From the NCBI GenBank assembly GCA_965199495.1, contig CBDASK010000003.1:3520001-3584000 (forward strand): a DNA stretch of 64,000 nt, given 5' to 3'. The DNA comes from Abditibacterium sp. Lineage in GTDB: Bacteria; Armatimonadota; Abditibacteriia; Abditibacteriales; Abditibacteriaceae. The notes below the pieces were generated by a model. That model made no database searches, was not told the origin of the DNA, and was given only the letters and a program-made list of their open reading frames with translations. The translations under genes and the position numbers were made by a program. Shown in pieces: positions 10,415-19,254 of this stretch; positions within the stretch are counted from its first letter, which is position 1; every line of letters starts with the position of its first letter.

Positions 10415-10804
10415 TCAAGCCCGTGCCATCTGCGGCCCAAAAATCGGTGCGGACATTTTTTTCTCGCCGATGCTATCGTGCAATACTTCGCCCAGACGAG
10501 CCACGTCGAGCGGCTTGGGCATGAAATGTTGTGCCGGGCTGTCTTCGATGTCAATATCGAGCGCCGAAGTTAAAACGATAACGGGCGCGTTGGGCAAATC
10601 GCTGGCGCGCTCGGCCAGTTCCAATCCGGTCATGCCGGGCATTTTTACGTCGGAAATCAAAAACTCAAAAGCGCCGCGCCGCAGCAAGTTGAGCGCCTGC
10701 CAACCGTTCTGGGCGACCGTCACTTCGTGACCACCGCGTCGCAGAGCAATCGCGAGCGTGAGCAGCACGTTAGTGTCGTCGTCTACCAGAAGAATGTGGG
10801 CCAT
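10415..10804 (-). CDS. Single-domain response regulator (receiver)
   Basis: ILLVDDD, ISDVKMPGMTG (phospho-Asp), VLTS, FMPKP motifs. Confidence 0.9.
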   Translation of the reverse strand: MAHILLVDDDTNVLLTLAIALRRGGHEVTVAQNGWQALNLLRRGAFEFLISDVKMPGMTGLELAERASDLPNAPVIVLTSALDIDIEDSPAQHFMPKPLDVARLGEVLHDSIGEKKMSAPIFGPQMARA

Positions 10805-10896
10805 CATGATCACGGCGATGAATAATAAGAGGGAATCGCCAAAATTGGATAAGGCAAATCAAATGCCGAGTTAATAAACGATTTAGCCAAAAGTCG

Positions 10897-11460
10897 CTAA
10901 TTCAATCCCAAGCGTCTTTGCCATTTGTAAACGCGCTTTTTGTTGCGGCGCCGCGTATCAGCCCATTCGACCAATTGTTCGCGCAATTGCGGCTTCATTT
11001 TGAGCGGCGCGTAAATCGCGTGAATATGTTCGCCGCCCTTCCAATGGCCCTTTTCTCGATAAAAAGCGGCAAAACCTTGGCTCGCCAATCCTTCCAATAA
11101 ATTGTTGATTTGCGCCCGCGATAAATCCTGCGTGCCGATGTCAACGGCGGCGCAGTAATCCAATTTTTGGCCGCGATATTTTACCGTTCCATCGCGATGG
11201 TGATAACCAAACGATTTGGGATTGTCGCCAATCGTTTGTCCGATACGCCGTGGCTGCACCTTCGCGCGGTAACAGGCGCGCATAAATCCATCAAAGGCGG
11301 CGGGCGCCATTCCGTAAGGGCGCGTCGGTGGCGGCAACGGCACCATCGAAGACAATCCGTAGGGCGTCACGATTTGGTTGAGCGCGAGCAACCACGGCAC
11401 GCCGATAGCGAACAGAGCGCACAAAACGACGAAGAAAAATAAACGCTTGAAAACGCGCAT
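10897..11460 (-). CDS. Membrane-anchored hypothetical protein, possible M15/hedgehog-like zinc peptidase fold
   Basis: N-terminal TM; SFGYH...AAVDI...GEHIHA resembles the H...D...HxH zinc-ligand pattern. Confidence 0.55.
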   Translation of the reverse strand: MRVFKRLFFFVVLCALFAIGVPWLLALNQIVTPYGLSSMVPLPPPTRPYGMAPAAFDGFMRACYRAKVQPRRIGQTIGDNPKSFGYHHRDGTVKYRGQKLDYCAAVDIGTQDLSRAQINNLLEGLASQGFAAFYREKGHWKGGEHIHAIYAPLKMKPQLREQLVEWADTRRRNKKRVYKWQRRLGLN

Positions 11461-11532
11461 TGCGCAGAGTTTAAAGCAGAAAATCAATCCGCCATCTTTA
11501 TCCGCTGGCTTTTTGCATCTATCCTTTTTCCC

Positions 11533-12108
11533 ATGTCTCCGCACGAACGCGCCATTATCCGCGATTTTCCCGCTCGTCTTTATTCGGAAAGATTGGAATT
11601 TCGCGCGCCCACGCCCGACGACGCGACTTTTATGAATCCGGCGATCTTAGCTTCGATGAGTTCGCTGCAACCGTGGATGAGTTGGGCCAAGACGCCGCCT
11701 TCGATGGACGAGACGCGGCTTTATTGTCGCCGCGCTTTACTCGAATGGCACGACCGCGAAAGCCTCGATTATCGCTTGTTTCTGAACGATAATTTCGTCG
11801 GCAACTGCGCGGTTCACACCATTAACTGGGACTTGCCGGGCGCGCAGTTGGGTTATTGGCTGCACACCGATTACCAAGGTCAAGGTTTAATGAACGAAGC
11901 CGTCGAGCGTCTGACGCAATTCGCGTTTGACGAATTGAAACTGGTGAGATTAGAAATTCGCTGCAACGCGCGCAACCTCGCCTCAGCGGGCGTGGCTGCT
12001 CGCGCTGGCTTTGAGCAAGAAGCACATTTGCGCAAAAGCTATCGCAGCGCCGACGGCACGCTCAACGACGCGTTTTTCTTCGCCAAAGTTCGGGAAGACG
12101 CGCGTTGA
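11533..12108 (+). CDS. GNAT family N-acetyltransferase (RimJ/RimL-like)
   Basis: SERLEFR, LGYWL...QGQGLMNEAV, RLEIRCNARNLASAGVA motifs. Confidence 0.9.
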   Translation: MSPHERAIIRDFPARLYSERLEFRAPTPDDATFMNPAILASMSSLQPWMSWAKTPPSMDETRLYCRRALLEWHDRESLDYRLFLNDNFVGNCAVHTINWDLPGAQLGYWLHTDYQGQGLMNEAVERLTQFAFDELKLVRLEIRCNARNLASAGVAARAGFEQEAHLRKSYRSADGTLNDAFFFAKVREDAR

Positions 12109-12150
12109 ATCGTTGAATTGAGGTGCTCTATCGCACTTCGGCGCATTAAT

Positions 12151-12246
12151 AATGTAGGGGCGGGGTTCTCCCGCCCAAAATGTCAGCTATCATAATCGTT
12201 CGTGATCCATTGTGCCTTTTGGGCGGGAGAACCCCGCCCCTACATT
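12151..12246. repeat. GTAG-type REP doublet (REPIN-like)
   Basis: 30-bp arms aatgtaggggcggggttctcccgcccaaaa (12151-12180) and its reverse complement (12217-12246); GTAG foot followed by hairpin. Confidence 0.9.
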
Positions 12247-12518
12247 GTCGAATGGCTGCGCTCCAAACAACGCCCTTAATCGCCCGATTATCTCATTCTA
12301 TCTCACAACAATATTACGGCGAATCATCTATAATTTTGCCGCAATACAATTGATAATCGATAATTATATCAAAATTCCGCACGCGATATTGGGAAGATGT
12401 AAGATATGTATTGTGCCGCCAACGAGAGGCAATTCCCCCAAGTAAAGGGCGCCGAGGACGGCATAAAAGTTTTGCAGTTTCGCTTTGATTGAACTGCTTT
12501 AAAAGGAAAGTGAGAGCA

Positions 12519-14330
12519 ATGAAATTGACCCCAGTGGGCAAAGTGACGGTGTTGGTTGTGGTGGCGGGCGCCGCGTTTGGCGTCTACCGTTCGTGGGACA
12601 AAATCGCGCCCGGAGCGGCCAACAAAGATTCGGTGACACCACAGAAAATTGACCTGCCGACCAATGGAGCCACGGCGGGTTCGTTGACCCAGACCGACTT
12701 TCAGGTCGCGGGCGACAATCCAGGTTGCACCGACAAAGCCGAAGTCCGCGTTTTGGGCTACGCCTGGAATGCTCAGCAGGGAATGTTGCTGGCCAATGGC
12801 GGCCCGCAGGCGACGCAGGGCAGCTTGATGTGCGAGAACGGCGTGAACCTGAAATGGGCGCGCCAGGACGACAACTCCAAATTGCAGGAATCGTTGGTCA
12901 CGTTCGCGACGGCGCTGAGCCGGGGCGAGAAGAACCCGACCAAAGGCGCGCATTTCGTGACGATTATGGGTGACGGTGGCGCGGCGTTTATCAAGCCGCT
13001 CAACGATTCGCTGCGCAGAATCGGGCCGGAATATGGGGCGAAAATCGTTGATGCCATCGGCTATTCGCGCGGCGAAGATAAGTTCATGGGGCCAGTCGCG
13101 TGGCGCGACAATCCCGCCGCTTCCAAAGGCGGCGTGGTTGCCGGAGTTTTGCGCGATGGCGACTGGAATATCGCGCAGAAATGGTTGGGCGACAACGGTC
13201 TCAAAACCAATCCCGACGAGAAAACCTGGGATCCCGACGCGCTCAACTGGATTTCGGCCAACGATTATCTCGATGCCGTCGAGAAGTATGTCGCCGGTTA
13301 TTCCGAGACGCGGCCCGTGGTGCGCAACGGCGTGAAAACCGGCGAAACCAAAACGATTCGCGTTGATGGCGTCGTGACATGGACGCCGGGCGATGTCACG
13401 GTCGCTCAGAAAAAGGGCGGTCTGGTTTCGATTATTTCGACGCGCGAATACTCGTCGCAGATGCCGTGCATCGTGATCGGCATCGACAAATGGTGCCGCG
13501 AGAATAAGGGCACCGTGCAAAGCATGATCAAGGCGATTGGCGAGGGCAGCCAACAGATTCAGAGCAACCCGGCGGCTCTCAAGCGTTCGAGCGCGATTGC
13601 CGCGCAGGTTTTCGCCGAAAAGGGCGCCGATGCCGGTTACTGGGAGAAGTATTTCAAGGGTACGACCGAGCGCGACGCGACCGGCGAAATGGTGCAGTTG
13701 GGTGGTTCGTCGGTGAACAATCTGGCCGATAGCCTGCTGGCGTTTGGCCAGGTGCCGGGCAGCGCGAATTTGGTGGCGACGACTTACACCGTCTTTGGCA
13801 ACCTGGTGAAGTCGCAATACCCGGAATTCGTGCCGTCGTTCGACCCGGCGTCGAGCGTGATAGACGGTTCATATTTGAAGGCAGTCGCCGACAAGATGAC
13901 GAATCGCCAGAAATCGCTCATTGCCAAAGCCAAGCCGTCGTTTGTAGCCGCCAAACAGAACGGAGCCACGCGCAAATTGGTGAGCCGCCGTCAGTGGAAC
14001 ATCCAGTTCAACCCCGGCAAGGCGACGTTTACACCCGCCGCCAAAGCCGAGTTGAACCAGTTGGGCCGCGACCTGCTCATCGCGGGCGGCACGACGGTTG
14101 AAGTTCACGGGCACACCGATAACAGCGGCGACCCGCGCACTTCGATGCCGTTGTCGGAAGCGCGCGCGTTCGCGGTCTCGAATTACCTGAAAACGTTGTC
14201 GCCGGTCAACTTTCCGGCGGGACGAGTTCAGGTTTTCGCGCACGGCGAGAGCCAGCCGCTCGTGCCCAACACGTCGGCGGCGAATAAAGCCAAAAATCGT
14301 CGCGTCGAGATCGTGTTGCGCGCGGCGTAA
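12519..14330 (+). CDS. Membrane-anchored ABC substrate-binding (NMT1/SsuA-like) domain fused to C-terminal OmpA-like peptidoglycan-binding domain
   Basis: N-terminal TM after SD aaggaaag; C-terminal VEVHGHTDNSG, LSEARA, GESQP, NRRVEI OmpA_C motifs; adjacent ABC genes. Confidence 0.85.
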   Translation: MKLTPVGKVTVLVVVAGAAFGVYRSWDKIAPGAANKDSVTPQKIDLPTNGATAGSLTQTDFQVAGDNPGCTDKAEVRVLGYAWNAQQGMLLANGGPQATQGSLMCENGVNLKWARQDDNSKLQESLVTFATALSRGEKNPTKGAHFVTIMGDGGAAFIKPLNDSLRRIGPEYGAKIVDAIGYSRGEDKFMGPVAWRDNPAASKGGVVAGVLRDGDWNIAQKWLGDNGLKTNPDEKTWDPDALNWISANDYLDAVEKYVAGYSETRPVVRNGVKTGETKTIRVDGVVTWTPGDVTVAQKKGGLVSIISTREYSSQMPCIVIGIDKWCRENKGTVQSMIKAIGEGSQQIQSNPAALKRSSAIAAQVFAEKGADAGYWEKYFKGTTERDATGEMVQLGGSSVNNLADSLLAFGQVPGSANLVATTYTVFGNLVKSQYPEFVPSFDPASSVIDGSYLKAVADKMTNRQKSLIAKAKPSFVAAKQNGATRKLVSRRQWNIQFNPGKATFTPAAKAELNQLGRDLLIAGGTTVEVHGHTDNSGDPRTSMPLSEARAFAVSNYLKTLSPVNFPAGRVQVFAHGESQPLVPNTSAANKAKNRRVEIVLRAA

Positions 14331-14380
14331 ATTATGTTTCGATTCGCGACGAGCCTTTCGGGGTTCGTCGCGGGTTGAAC

Positions 14381-14573
14381 GTTGGAGGAAAGCGCTGACG
14401 CGTGCCCCTCACCCTAACCCTCTCCCACAGGAGAGGGGACACTCGCTCGAAAGTTGGAATTGCTTCAACTTGCTTAATAAGTGAGTTGAAAACGCTTTGG
14501 CCTACGAGCAGGTGTCCCCTCTCCTGAGGGAGAGGGTTAGGGTGAGGGGCACGCGTCAGCGCTTTCCTCCAAC
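14381..14573. repeat. Near-perfect ~65-bp inverted repeat with CCCCTCACCCTAACCCTCTCCC core
   Basis: gttggaggaaagcgctgacgcgtgcccctcaccctaaccctctccc... (from 14381) mirrored ending at 14573; preceded by a hairpin at ~14345-14372. Confidence 0.9.
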
Positions 14574-14638
14574 CCAAAACTCCAACACGCTAAAAATCAG
14601 TGAAGAGGCCAAACGTCACCGCTTTCTTCCCCACTCCC

Positions 14639-15484
14639 ATGCTCCAAAAACTCTTCGTCCAGTCCGCTCCAACGCTCGCGCCCAAACGCGCGCGACGTTT
14701 GGAACCGTTGGCGCTCTTGCTCCCCAATCGCGTCGTCGCGCGGCCACTTTTAGTTCTTGTCGCCGTCGCCGAAGCGATGATTTTTCTCGCACTCTGGATC
14801 GCTTCGCCGTTCAAAGTTTTGCCCAATCCGCTCGACGTGGCTGCTGCGCTGCAACGACTGTGGCTCGAACAGGGATTGGGCCGCGAACTCGCCACCTCGT
14901 TCGCGCTCAATCTCGAAGCGTTGATAATTGCTTCGATTCTGTCGCTGGGATTGGCTTACCTCACGGTTTTCCCGTTTATGCGACCGCTTGTCGCGGCGCT
15001 CAGCAAAGGCCGCTTTTTGTCGCTAACCGGATTCACGCTCCTATTCACGCTCGCGCTGGGCGGCGGACACGCGCTGAAACTGGGATTATTGGTCTTCGCC
15101 GTCACGGTGTTTTACCTGACTTCGATGGCGTCGGTGATTCAATCCATCCCGCGCAGCGAATTCGATCACGCGCGCACCTTGCGCATGAGCGAGGCGCGCG
15201 TGACATGGGAAGTCGTAATTCTCGGCACGCTTTCGCAGGCGTTTGAAGTGTTGCGTCAAAACGCCGCCATCGGCTGGATGATGCTCACGCTTGTGGAAGG
15301 CATCGTGCGCGGCGAAGGCGGCATCGGCGCGATGCTGTTGAACGAGAACAAACATTTTTTGATCGCCGAAGTTTTCGCCATTCAACTGGTGATTTTGAGC
15401 TTCGGCCTGATGCAGGATTACGGACTGCAACTGTTGCGCAAATTGGCGTGTCCCTACGCCGATTTGACGCTTGAACGCCGATGA
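14639..15484 (+). CDS. ABC transporter permease, NitT/TauT/SsuC-like
   Basis: Multi-TM; LPNPLDVAAAL, EAA-like loop FDHARTLRMS, GIGAML; ATGA overlap with ATPase. Confidence 0.85.
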   Translation: MLQKLFVQSAPTLAPKRARRLEPLALLLPNRVVARPLLVLVAVAEAMIFLALWIASPFKVLPNPLDVAAALQRLWLEQGLGRELATSFALNLEALIIASILSLGLAYLTVFPFMRPLVAALSKGRFLSLTGFTLLFTLALGGGHALKLGLLVFAVTVFYLTSMASVIQSIPRSEFDHARTLRMSEARVTWEVVILGTLSQAFEVLRQNAAIGWMMLTLVEGIVRGEGGIGAMLLNENKHFLIAEVFAIQLVILSFGLMQDYGLQLLRKLACPYADLTLERR

Positions 15485-16308
15485 ACTATCTTTACGAAAC
15501 GCGCGAGACGTTGCTGCAAATCGAGAACGTCTCGTTTTCGCACGGGCCAAACCTGATTTTGCGCGATGTCGATTTGACCGTCAAAAACTTGGTGCGTCCC
15601 GAACTGCAACAGGGACAAGTCGTCGCTTTGCTCGGCCCATCGGGTGTCGGCAAAACGACATTATTGCGTTTGTTGGCCGGACTCGAAACGCCCGACGCGG
15701 GCACGATTTGCCTCTCGGATGGAAAGCCAATCGCGCGTGGACAAATCGGCGTTGTGGCTCAGCATTATCCGTTGTTTGCGCATCGAACCGTGCTGAGCAA
15801 CTTAATCGTCGCCGGAAAACAGGCACATTTGGGCGGACGCGAAGCGCGCAACAAAGCCGTCGAATTGTTGGATCGATTCGATTTGCGCGAGCAATCTGAG
15901 CAGTTCCCGTCGCAACTGTCGGGCGGGCAGCGCCAACGCGTCGCAATCGCTCAACAGTTCATGGGCTGCGATGGGTTTCTGTTGTTGGACGAACCGTTTT
16001 CGGGCTTGGACATCATCGCGCAAGACGCCGTGATTCGGTTTATCGCCGAAATGGCAAGTCGCGACGAGAAAATGACGTTTTTGGTGATTACCCACGACAT
16101 CGCGGCGGCGATGCAGATCGCTGACACGATTTATCTAATGGGCCGCGACCGCGACGCCGACAACAGCAGCCACGCCGTGCCGGGCGCGCGCATTCAGGAA
16201 CGTTACGACTTGGCCGCGCGCGGTTTGGCGTGGCGGCCCAACATCGTGGAGTTGCCGGAGTTCGATGAACTGCGCCACGAAATTCGGGCGCGCTTCGCGA
16301 GTTTGTAG
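15481..16308 (+). CDS. ABC transporter ATP-binding protein, NitT/TauT/SsuB-like
   Basis: Walker A GPSGVGKT, signature LSGGQRQR, Walker B LLLDEPF, H-loop ITHD. Confidence 0.95.
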   Translation: MNYLYETRETLLQIENVSFSHGPNLILRDVDLTVKNLVRPELQQGQVVALLGPSGVGKTTLLRLLAGLETPDAGTICLSDGKPIARGQIGVVAQHYPLFAHRTVLSNLIVAGKQAHLGGREARNKAVELLDRFDLREQSEQFPSQLSGGQRQRVAIAQQFMGCDGFLLLDEPFSGLDIIAQDAVIRFIAEMASRDEKMTFLVITHDIAAAMQIADTIYLMGRDRDADNSSHAVPGARIQERYDLAARGLAWRPNIVELPEFDELRHEIRARFASL

Positions 16309-16319
16309 GTTTTGCTAAA

Positions 16320-16442
16320 TGTAGAGACACCGACCGGGTGCCCCTTGGGCGGATGTCTAAAAAGGTAATGAACCCGCTAATTCTAAAGCAAGTTCGACGT
16401 TTTAGACATCCGCCCAAAGGGCACCCAGTCGGTGTCTCTACA
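16320..16442. repeat. GTAG-type REP doublet carrying a gggtgcccYttggg micro-insert in each arm
   Basis: tgtagagacaccgaccgggtgccccttgggcggatgtctaaaa and near-exact reverse complement ending 16442. Confidence 0.85.
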
Positions 16443-16517
16443 AGTGGATCGGCGACCGTTGGAATATATAAAGCCGATTTTCAGTAAAATAACCATACGG
16501 CATTCGCCGTTTCTTCG

Positions 16518-17348
16518 ATGAAAAACCGTTATCTGGCCGCGTTGCAGGAGCAATATAATTTGTTGGGTATCGGTTCTATCGCGGCGGTCTCGGCGGCGAT
16601 GGTGAGTCCACTGCCGCTTTTGGTCGGTCTGGTTGTCGAGGCGGCGTATCTGATTTTTGTGCCCGACAGCAAATGGTATGCGGCGCGTTTATCGCGCCAG
16701 CACGATGCCGAGATTCAGGCGCAACGCGACAAAATCAAAGCCGAGATTTTGCCTCAACTGCGACCTCCACTGCAAAAGCGTTTCGCCAAGCTGGAAGAAG
16801 ATCGTGCCGATATTGACAAGCAAGTCGCCGACGATAAAGTTTGGATGATGGAAGTCGTGCGCAAACTCGATTATCTGTTGGACAAATTTTTGCAATTTGC
16901 GCTCAAAGACGAACAATTTCGCGTTTATTTGTATGAAGCCCGTCTGGAAAAGTTGGGTGGCAACAACAAACGCCCGCCCGAACCGACCGACCAATGGGCG
17001 CGCGAAACTGTCGGCTTGCTTCAACAAGATTACGATAAAGACATCGCCGAATTGACCGCGCAATTCGAGCGCGAAACCGACGAAAACACCGGCGCGGTTT
17101 TGCAAAAGCGCCTCGAAGTTTTGCAAAGGCGGCGCGAGTTCGTGGCGCGCATCGGAAAAATCGTAGTGAATTTGTCCCAACAGTTGCACCTTTTGGAAGA
17201 TACTTTTGGTCTGATCAACGACGAACTGTTGGCGCGTCCGCCCGAACAGGTGTTGGGCGACATCGAAGACGTGGTGTCACAGACCAAAATCATGACCGAC
17301 GTTTTGGAAGAAATGGCGCCTTACGAACGGATGTTGGCCTCGATATGA
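16518..17348 (+). CDS. Hypothetical protein: N-terminal hydrophobic hairpin plus coiled-coil
   Basis: Hydrophobic residues ~14-48 followed by charged heptad-rich helices; host codon usage; in cluster with PspA. Confidence 0.8.
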   Translation: MKNRYLAALQEQYNLLGIGSIAAVSAAMVSPLPLLVGLVVEAAYLIFVPDSKWYAARLSRQHDAEIQAQRDKIKAEILPQLRPPLQKRFAKLEEDRADIDKQVADDKVWMMEVVRKLDYLLDKFLQFALKDEQFRVYLYEARLEKLGGNNKRPPEPTDQWARETVGLLQQDYDKDIAELTAQFERETDENTGAVLQKRLEVLQRRREFVARIGKIVVNLSQQLHLLEDTFGLINDELLARPPEQVLGDIEDVVSQTKIMTDVLEEMAPYERMLASI

Positions 17349-17462
17349 GGGACAAGTGGCAAGGAGCAGGGAACAAGGATGTGTCGAGCGATTGTATCTT
17401 CGCCCGATAGTTATAATTTCTGCCCTTGCGCCGTGTTCCTTGCCCCTTATCCCCTGTCCCTA
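17348..17462. repeat. Inverted arrays of degenerate 7-mers (agggaca/aggagca type)
   Basis: Purine-rich 7-nt periodic tract 17348-17378 and pyrimidine-rich mirror 17424-17462. Confidence 0.75.
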
Positions 17463-17470
17463 AAATTACT

Positions 17471-18190
17471 ATGTCCCTGCGCGATACTTTGCGAAAAGCG
17501 GCGAGCCTGGTCGTCGAACTGCCGCCGCAAGCCACCGAACTCGATTTGAAGTCGAGCGATATTGATCTCGACGATTGGCCCGACACCGATTTGCCCGCCG
17601 ACGCGCGCTTGCCGGGCGCCGTGGCTGCATCGCCGACTGGCTCGCAAACCATCGCACAGTTGGTGCGCAAAGCGGACGGGCCAAATCTCGATCAAATCGA
17701 AATTACGCAGGTGCCCGCTGGTGCCGTGGGCGAAAACGCGCTCGATTTCGCGGCGATTTACGCGGCGGCGAAATTGCCAAAGACGCCGTTTGGCGCCGAC
17801 GAAATGTTGAATGTTTTGGGTTCGATGCCCGCCGATGTGCCGTTGCAAACCAAACGCGTCACGGTCAAAGCGGTTTTGGGCGGCATGGCGGGCATGGGCG
17901 CGTCACCCGAAAACATCGTGGCCGATGCTTCGCGTAAACTGGCGGCGCTGCAAGCGTTTCATGGCTTTATGGAGCGCAAGACAAACGAAACTCTCGAAAA
18001 CGGTCGAAGTCAAATCGCCGAACTCGAACGTCAAATCGAAGCGCATCGTCAAGCGATGCAGAACGCGCAAAGCGAATTGGCGCGCGTCACGCAAGGTTGC
18101 GAGAGCGAAGCCGAAAAATTAAACGAAGTGCTGGAATTTTTCAGCCTCAACTTAGGGGACAAGGAGCAAGGAGCAGGGGACAAGGTTTGA
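17471..18190 (+). CDS. Hypothetical helical/coiled-coil protein upstream of PspA
   Basis: ATG 17471 (MSLRDTLRKAA); low-complexity linker, helical core LDFAAIYAAAKLP...IVADASRKLAAL, C-terminal coiled coil. Confidence 0.8.
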   Translation: MSLRDTLRKAASLVVELPPQATELDLKSSDIDLDDWPDTDLPADARLPGAVAASPTGSQTIAQLVRKADGPNLDQIEITQVPAGAVGENALDFAAIYAAAKLPKTPFGADEMLNVLGSMPADVPLQTKRVTVKAVLGGMAGMGASPENIVADASRKLAALQAFHGFMERKTNETLENGRSQIAELERQIEAHRQAMQNAQSELARVTQGCESEAEKLNEVLEFFSLNLGDKEQGAGDKV

Positions 18191-18256
18191 GCGCGCGACA
18201 TCACTTCCAACTTCCCAATCGCTGACCCTGTTCCCTGTTCCTTGCCACTTGTCCCT
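18152..18256. repeat. Inverted arrays of degenerate 7-mers
   Basis: ttaggggacaaggagcaaggagcaggggacaagg (18152-18185) and ccctgttccctgttccttgccacttgtccct (18226-18256). Confidence 0.75.
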
Positions 18257-18264
18257 TTAACACT

Positions 18265-19026
18265 ATGTTCAAACGAATTTCCAATCTTTTTAGCGCGATA
18301 ATGAACGCCTTCGTTTCGGGCGCCGAGCGCGCCAATCCCAAGATGATGCTCGAACAGGAAAAAGAAAACCTGCGCAAGCAAATCGCGAATTATAATCAGG
18401 GTTTGGCCGCGCACGCCGGTTTGTGCGAGCGCCTGATGACGCAGGTCAAAAAAGACGAGGCGCTCGAAAAAGATTTGCGCGCCAAAACGACCGCCAACCT
18501 GCGCGCGGGCAACCGCGAATATGCCGGACAACTCGCGCTCCAACTGCAAGCCACGTCGGCGCGCTTGCAAGAAAATAGCGCGCAATTGGCCGAAGCCGAG
18601 ACGACTTATAAAGAGTTGGTTAAGGCGCGCGACGTTTCGATTCAGGGCGCCAAGAAGAAAATCGAAGATTTGAAATACGCGATTTCCGACATGGAAGTCA
18701 AGAAAGCGACCGCCGAAATGACCGAAATGGCGAGCGGAATGATCTCCTCGATTGGCGGTAGTGGCGACACCTTGAATCGTTTGGAAGAGATGGTCGGCGA
18801 AGAGCGCGAGAAAGCGGCGGGCCGCGCCCGCGTCGCGCGCGATAGTCTGAATACGACCGATTTTCAAATGGCCGAGGCCGAACAGCACGCTCTGGCCGAT
18901 CAAGCTCTGGCCGATTTCGCCGCCGCCGAAGGCATGGCGCTCGACCCGGTGATGCCCAAAGATACCAACGCCACGCCCGCACTGAATAAGCAGATGGGGC
19001 CGCCGGATCAAATCGAATTGAGCTGA
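18265..19026 (+). CDS. pspA: PspA/IM30 (Vipp1, ESCRT-III-like) family protein
   Basis: Amphipathic MFKRISNLFSA start, E.aNPKMMLEQ motif, GNREYA, long coiled coil, LNRLEEMV...A.ARVA. Confidence 0.85.
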   Translation: MFKRISNLFSAIMNAFVSGAERANPKMMLEQEKENLRKQIANYNQGLAAHAGLCERLMTQVKKDEALEKDLRAKTTANLRAGNREYAGQLALQLQATSARLQENSAQLAEAETTYKELVKARDVSIQGAKKKIEDLKYAISDMEVKKATAEMTEMASGMISSIGGSGDTLNRLEEMVGEEREKAAGRARVARDSLNTTDFQMAEAEQHALADQALADFAAAEGMALDPVMPKDTNATPALNKQMGPPDQIELS

Positions 19027-19044
19027 TTGATTCAATGCGTAACG

Positions 19045-19076
19045 AAAACCCGTCGCGAATTTCGCGGCGGGTTTTT
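19045..19076 (+). terminator. Rho-independent terminator after pspA
   Basis: aaaacccgtcgcgaa-t-ttcgcggcgggttttt. Confidence 0.75.
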
Positions 19077-19081
19077 CGCTA

Positions 19082-19232
19082 TGCTCCGTAGGTTTCACCT
19101 ACGGCAGAGGGCGCGAGCACCGGACGTGCTTCGCACTCTTGAAATTAAATATTTCGAGGGTCTTTCCGAATTTTCAAGTGCGAAGCACGCCCGGCGTTCG
19201 CGCCCTCTGCCGTAGGTGAAACCTACGGAGCA
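19082..19232. repeat. ~60-bp imperfect inverted repeat with internal CCGTAGGT..ACCTACGG palindromes
   Basis: tgctccgtaggtttcacctacggcagagggcgcga... mirrored by ...tcgcgccctctgccgtaggtgaaacctacggagca. Confidence 0.85.
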
Positions 19233-19254
19233 GGGAAAGCCCTATCCCTATTTT

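Noticed and set aside
2757..10804. Histidine kinase and single-domain receiver as a cognate pair
   Set aside because: They are over 6 kb apart on opposite strands, with no sequence evidence of pairing.
12412..12465. Possible riboswitch in the leader of the SBP-OmpA gene (AGAGG...AGTA...AAGGG-CGCCGA within a closing stem)
   Set aside because: Only superficially like lysine, glycine or c-di-GMP aptamers and too short, with key helices missing. An Rfam/Infernal scan would be needed.
12369..13817. Long antisense ORFs (also 8705-10054, 18049-19098, 31820-32935, 46497-47684, 52901-54040 and others)
   Set aside because: They shadow well-supported genes on the other strand, which is expected in GC-rich DNA, and carry no recognisable motifs.
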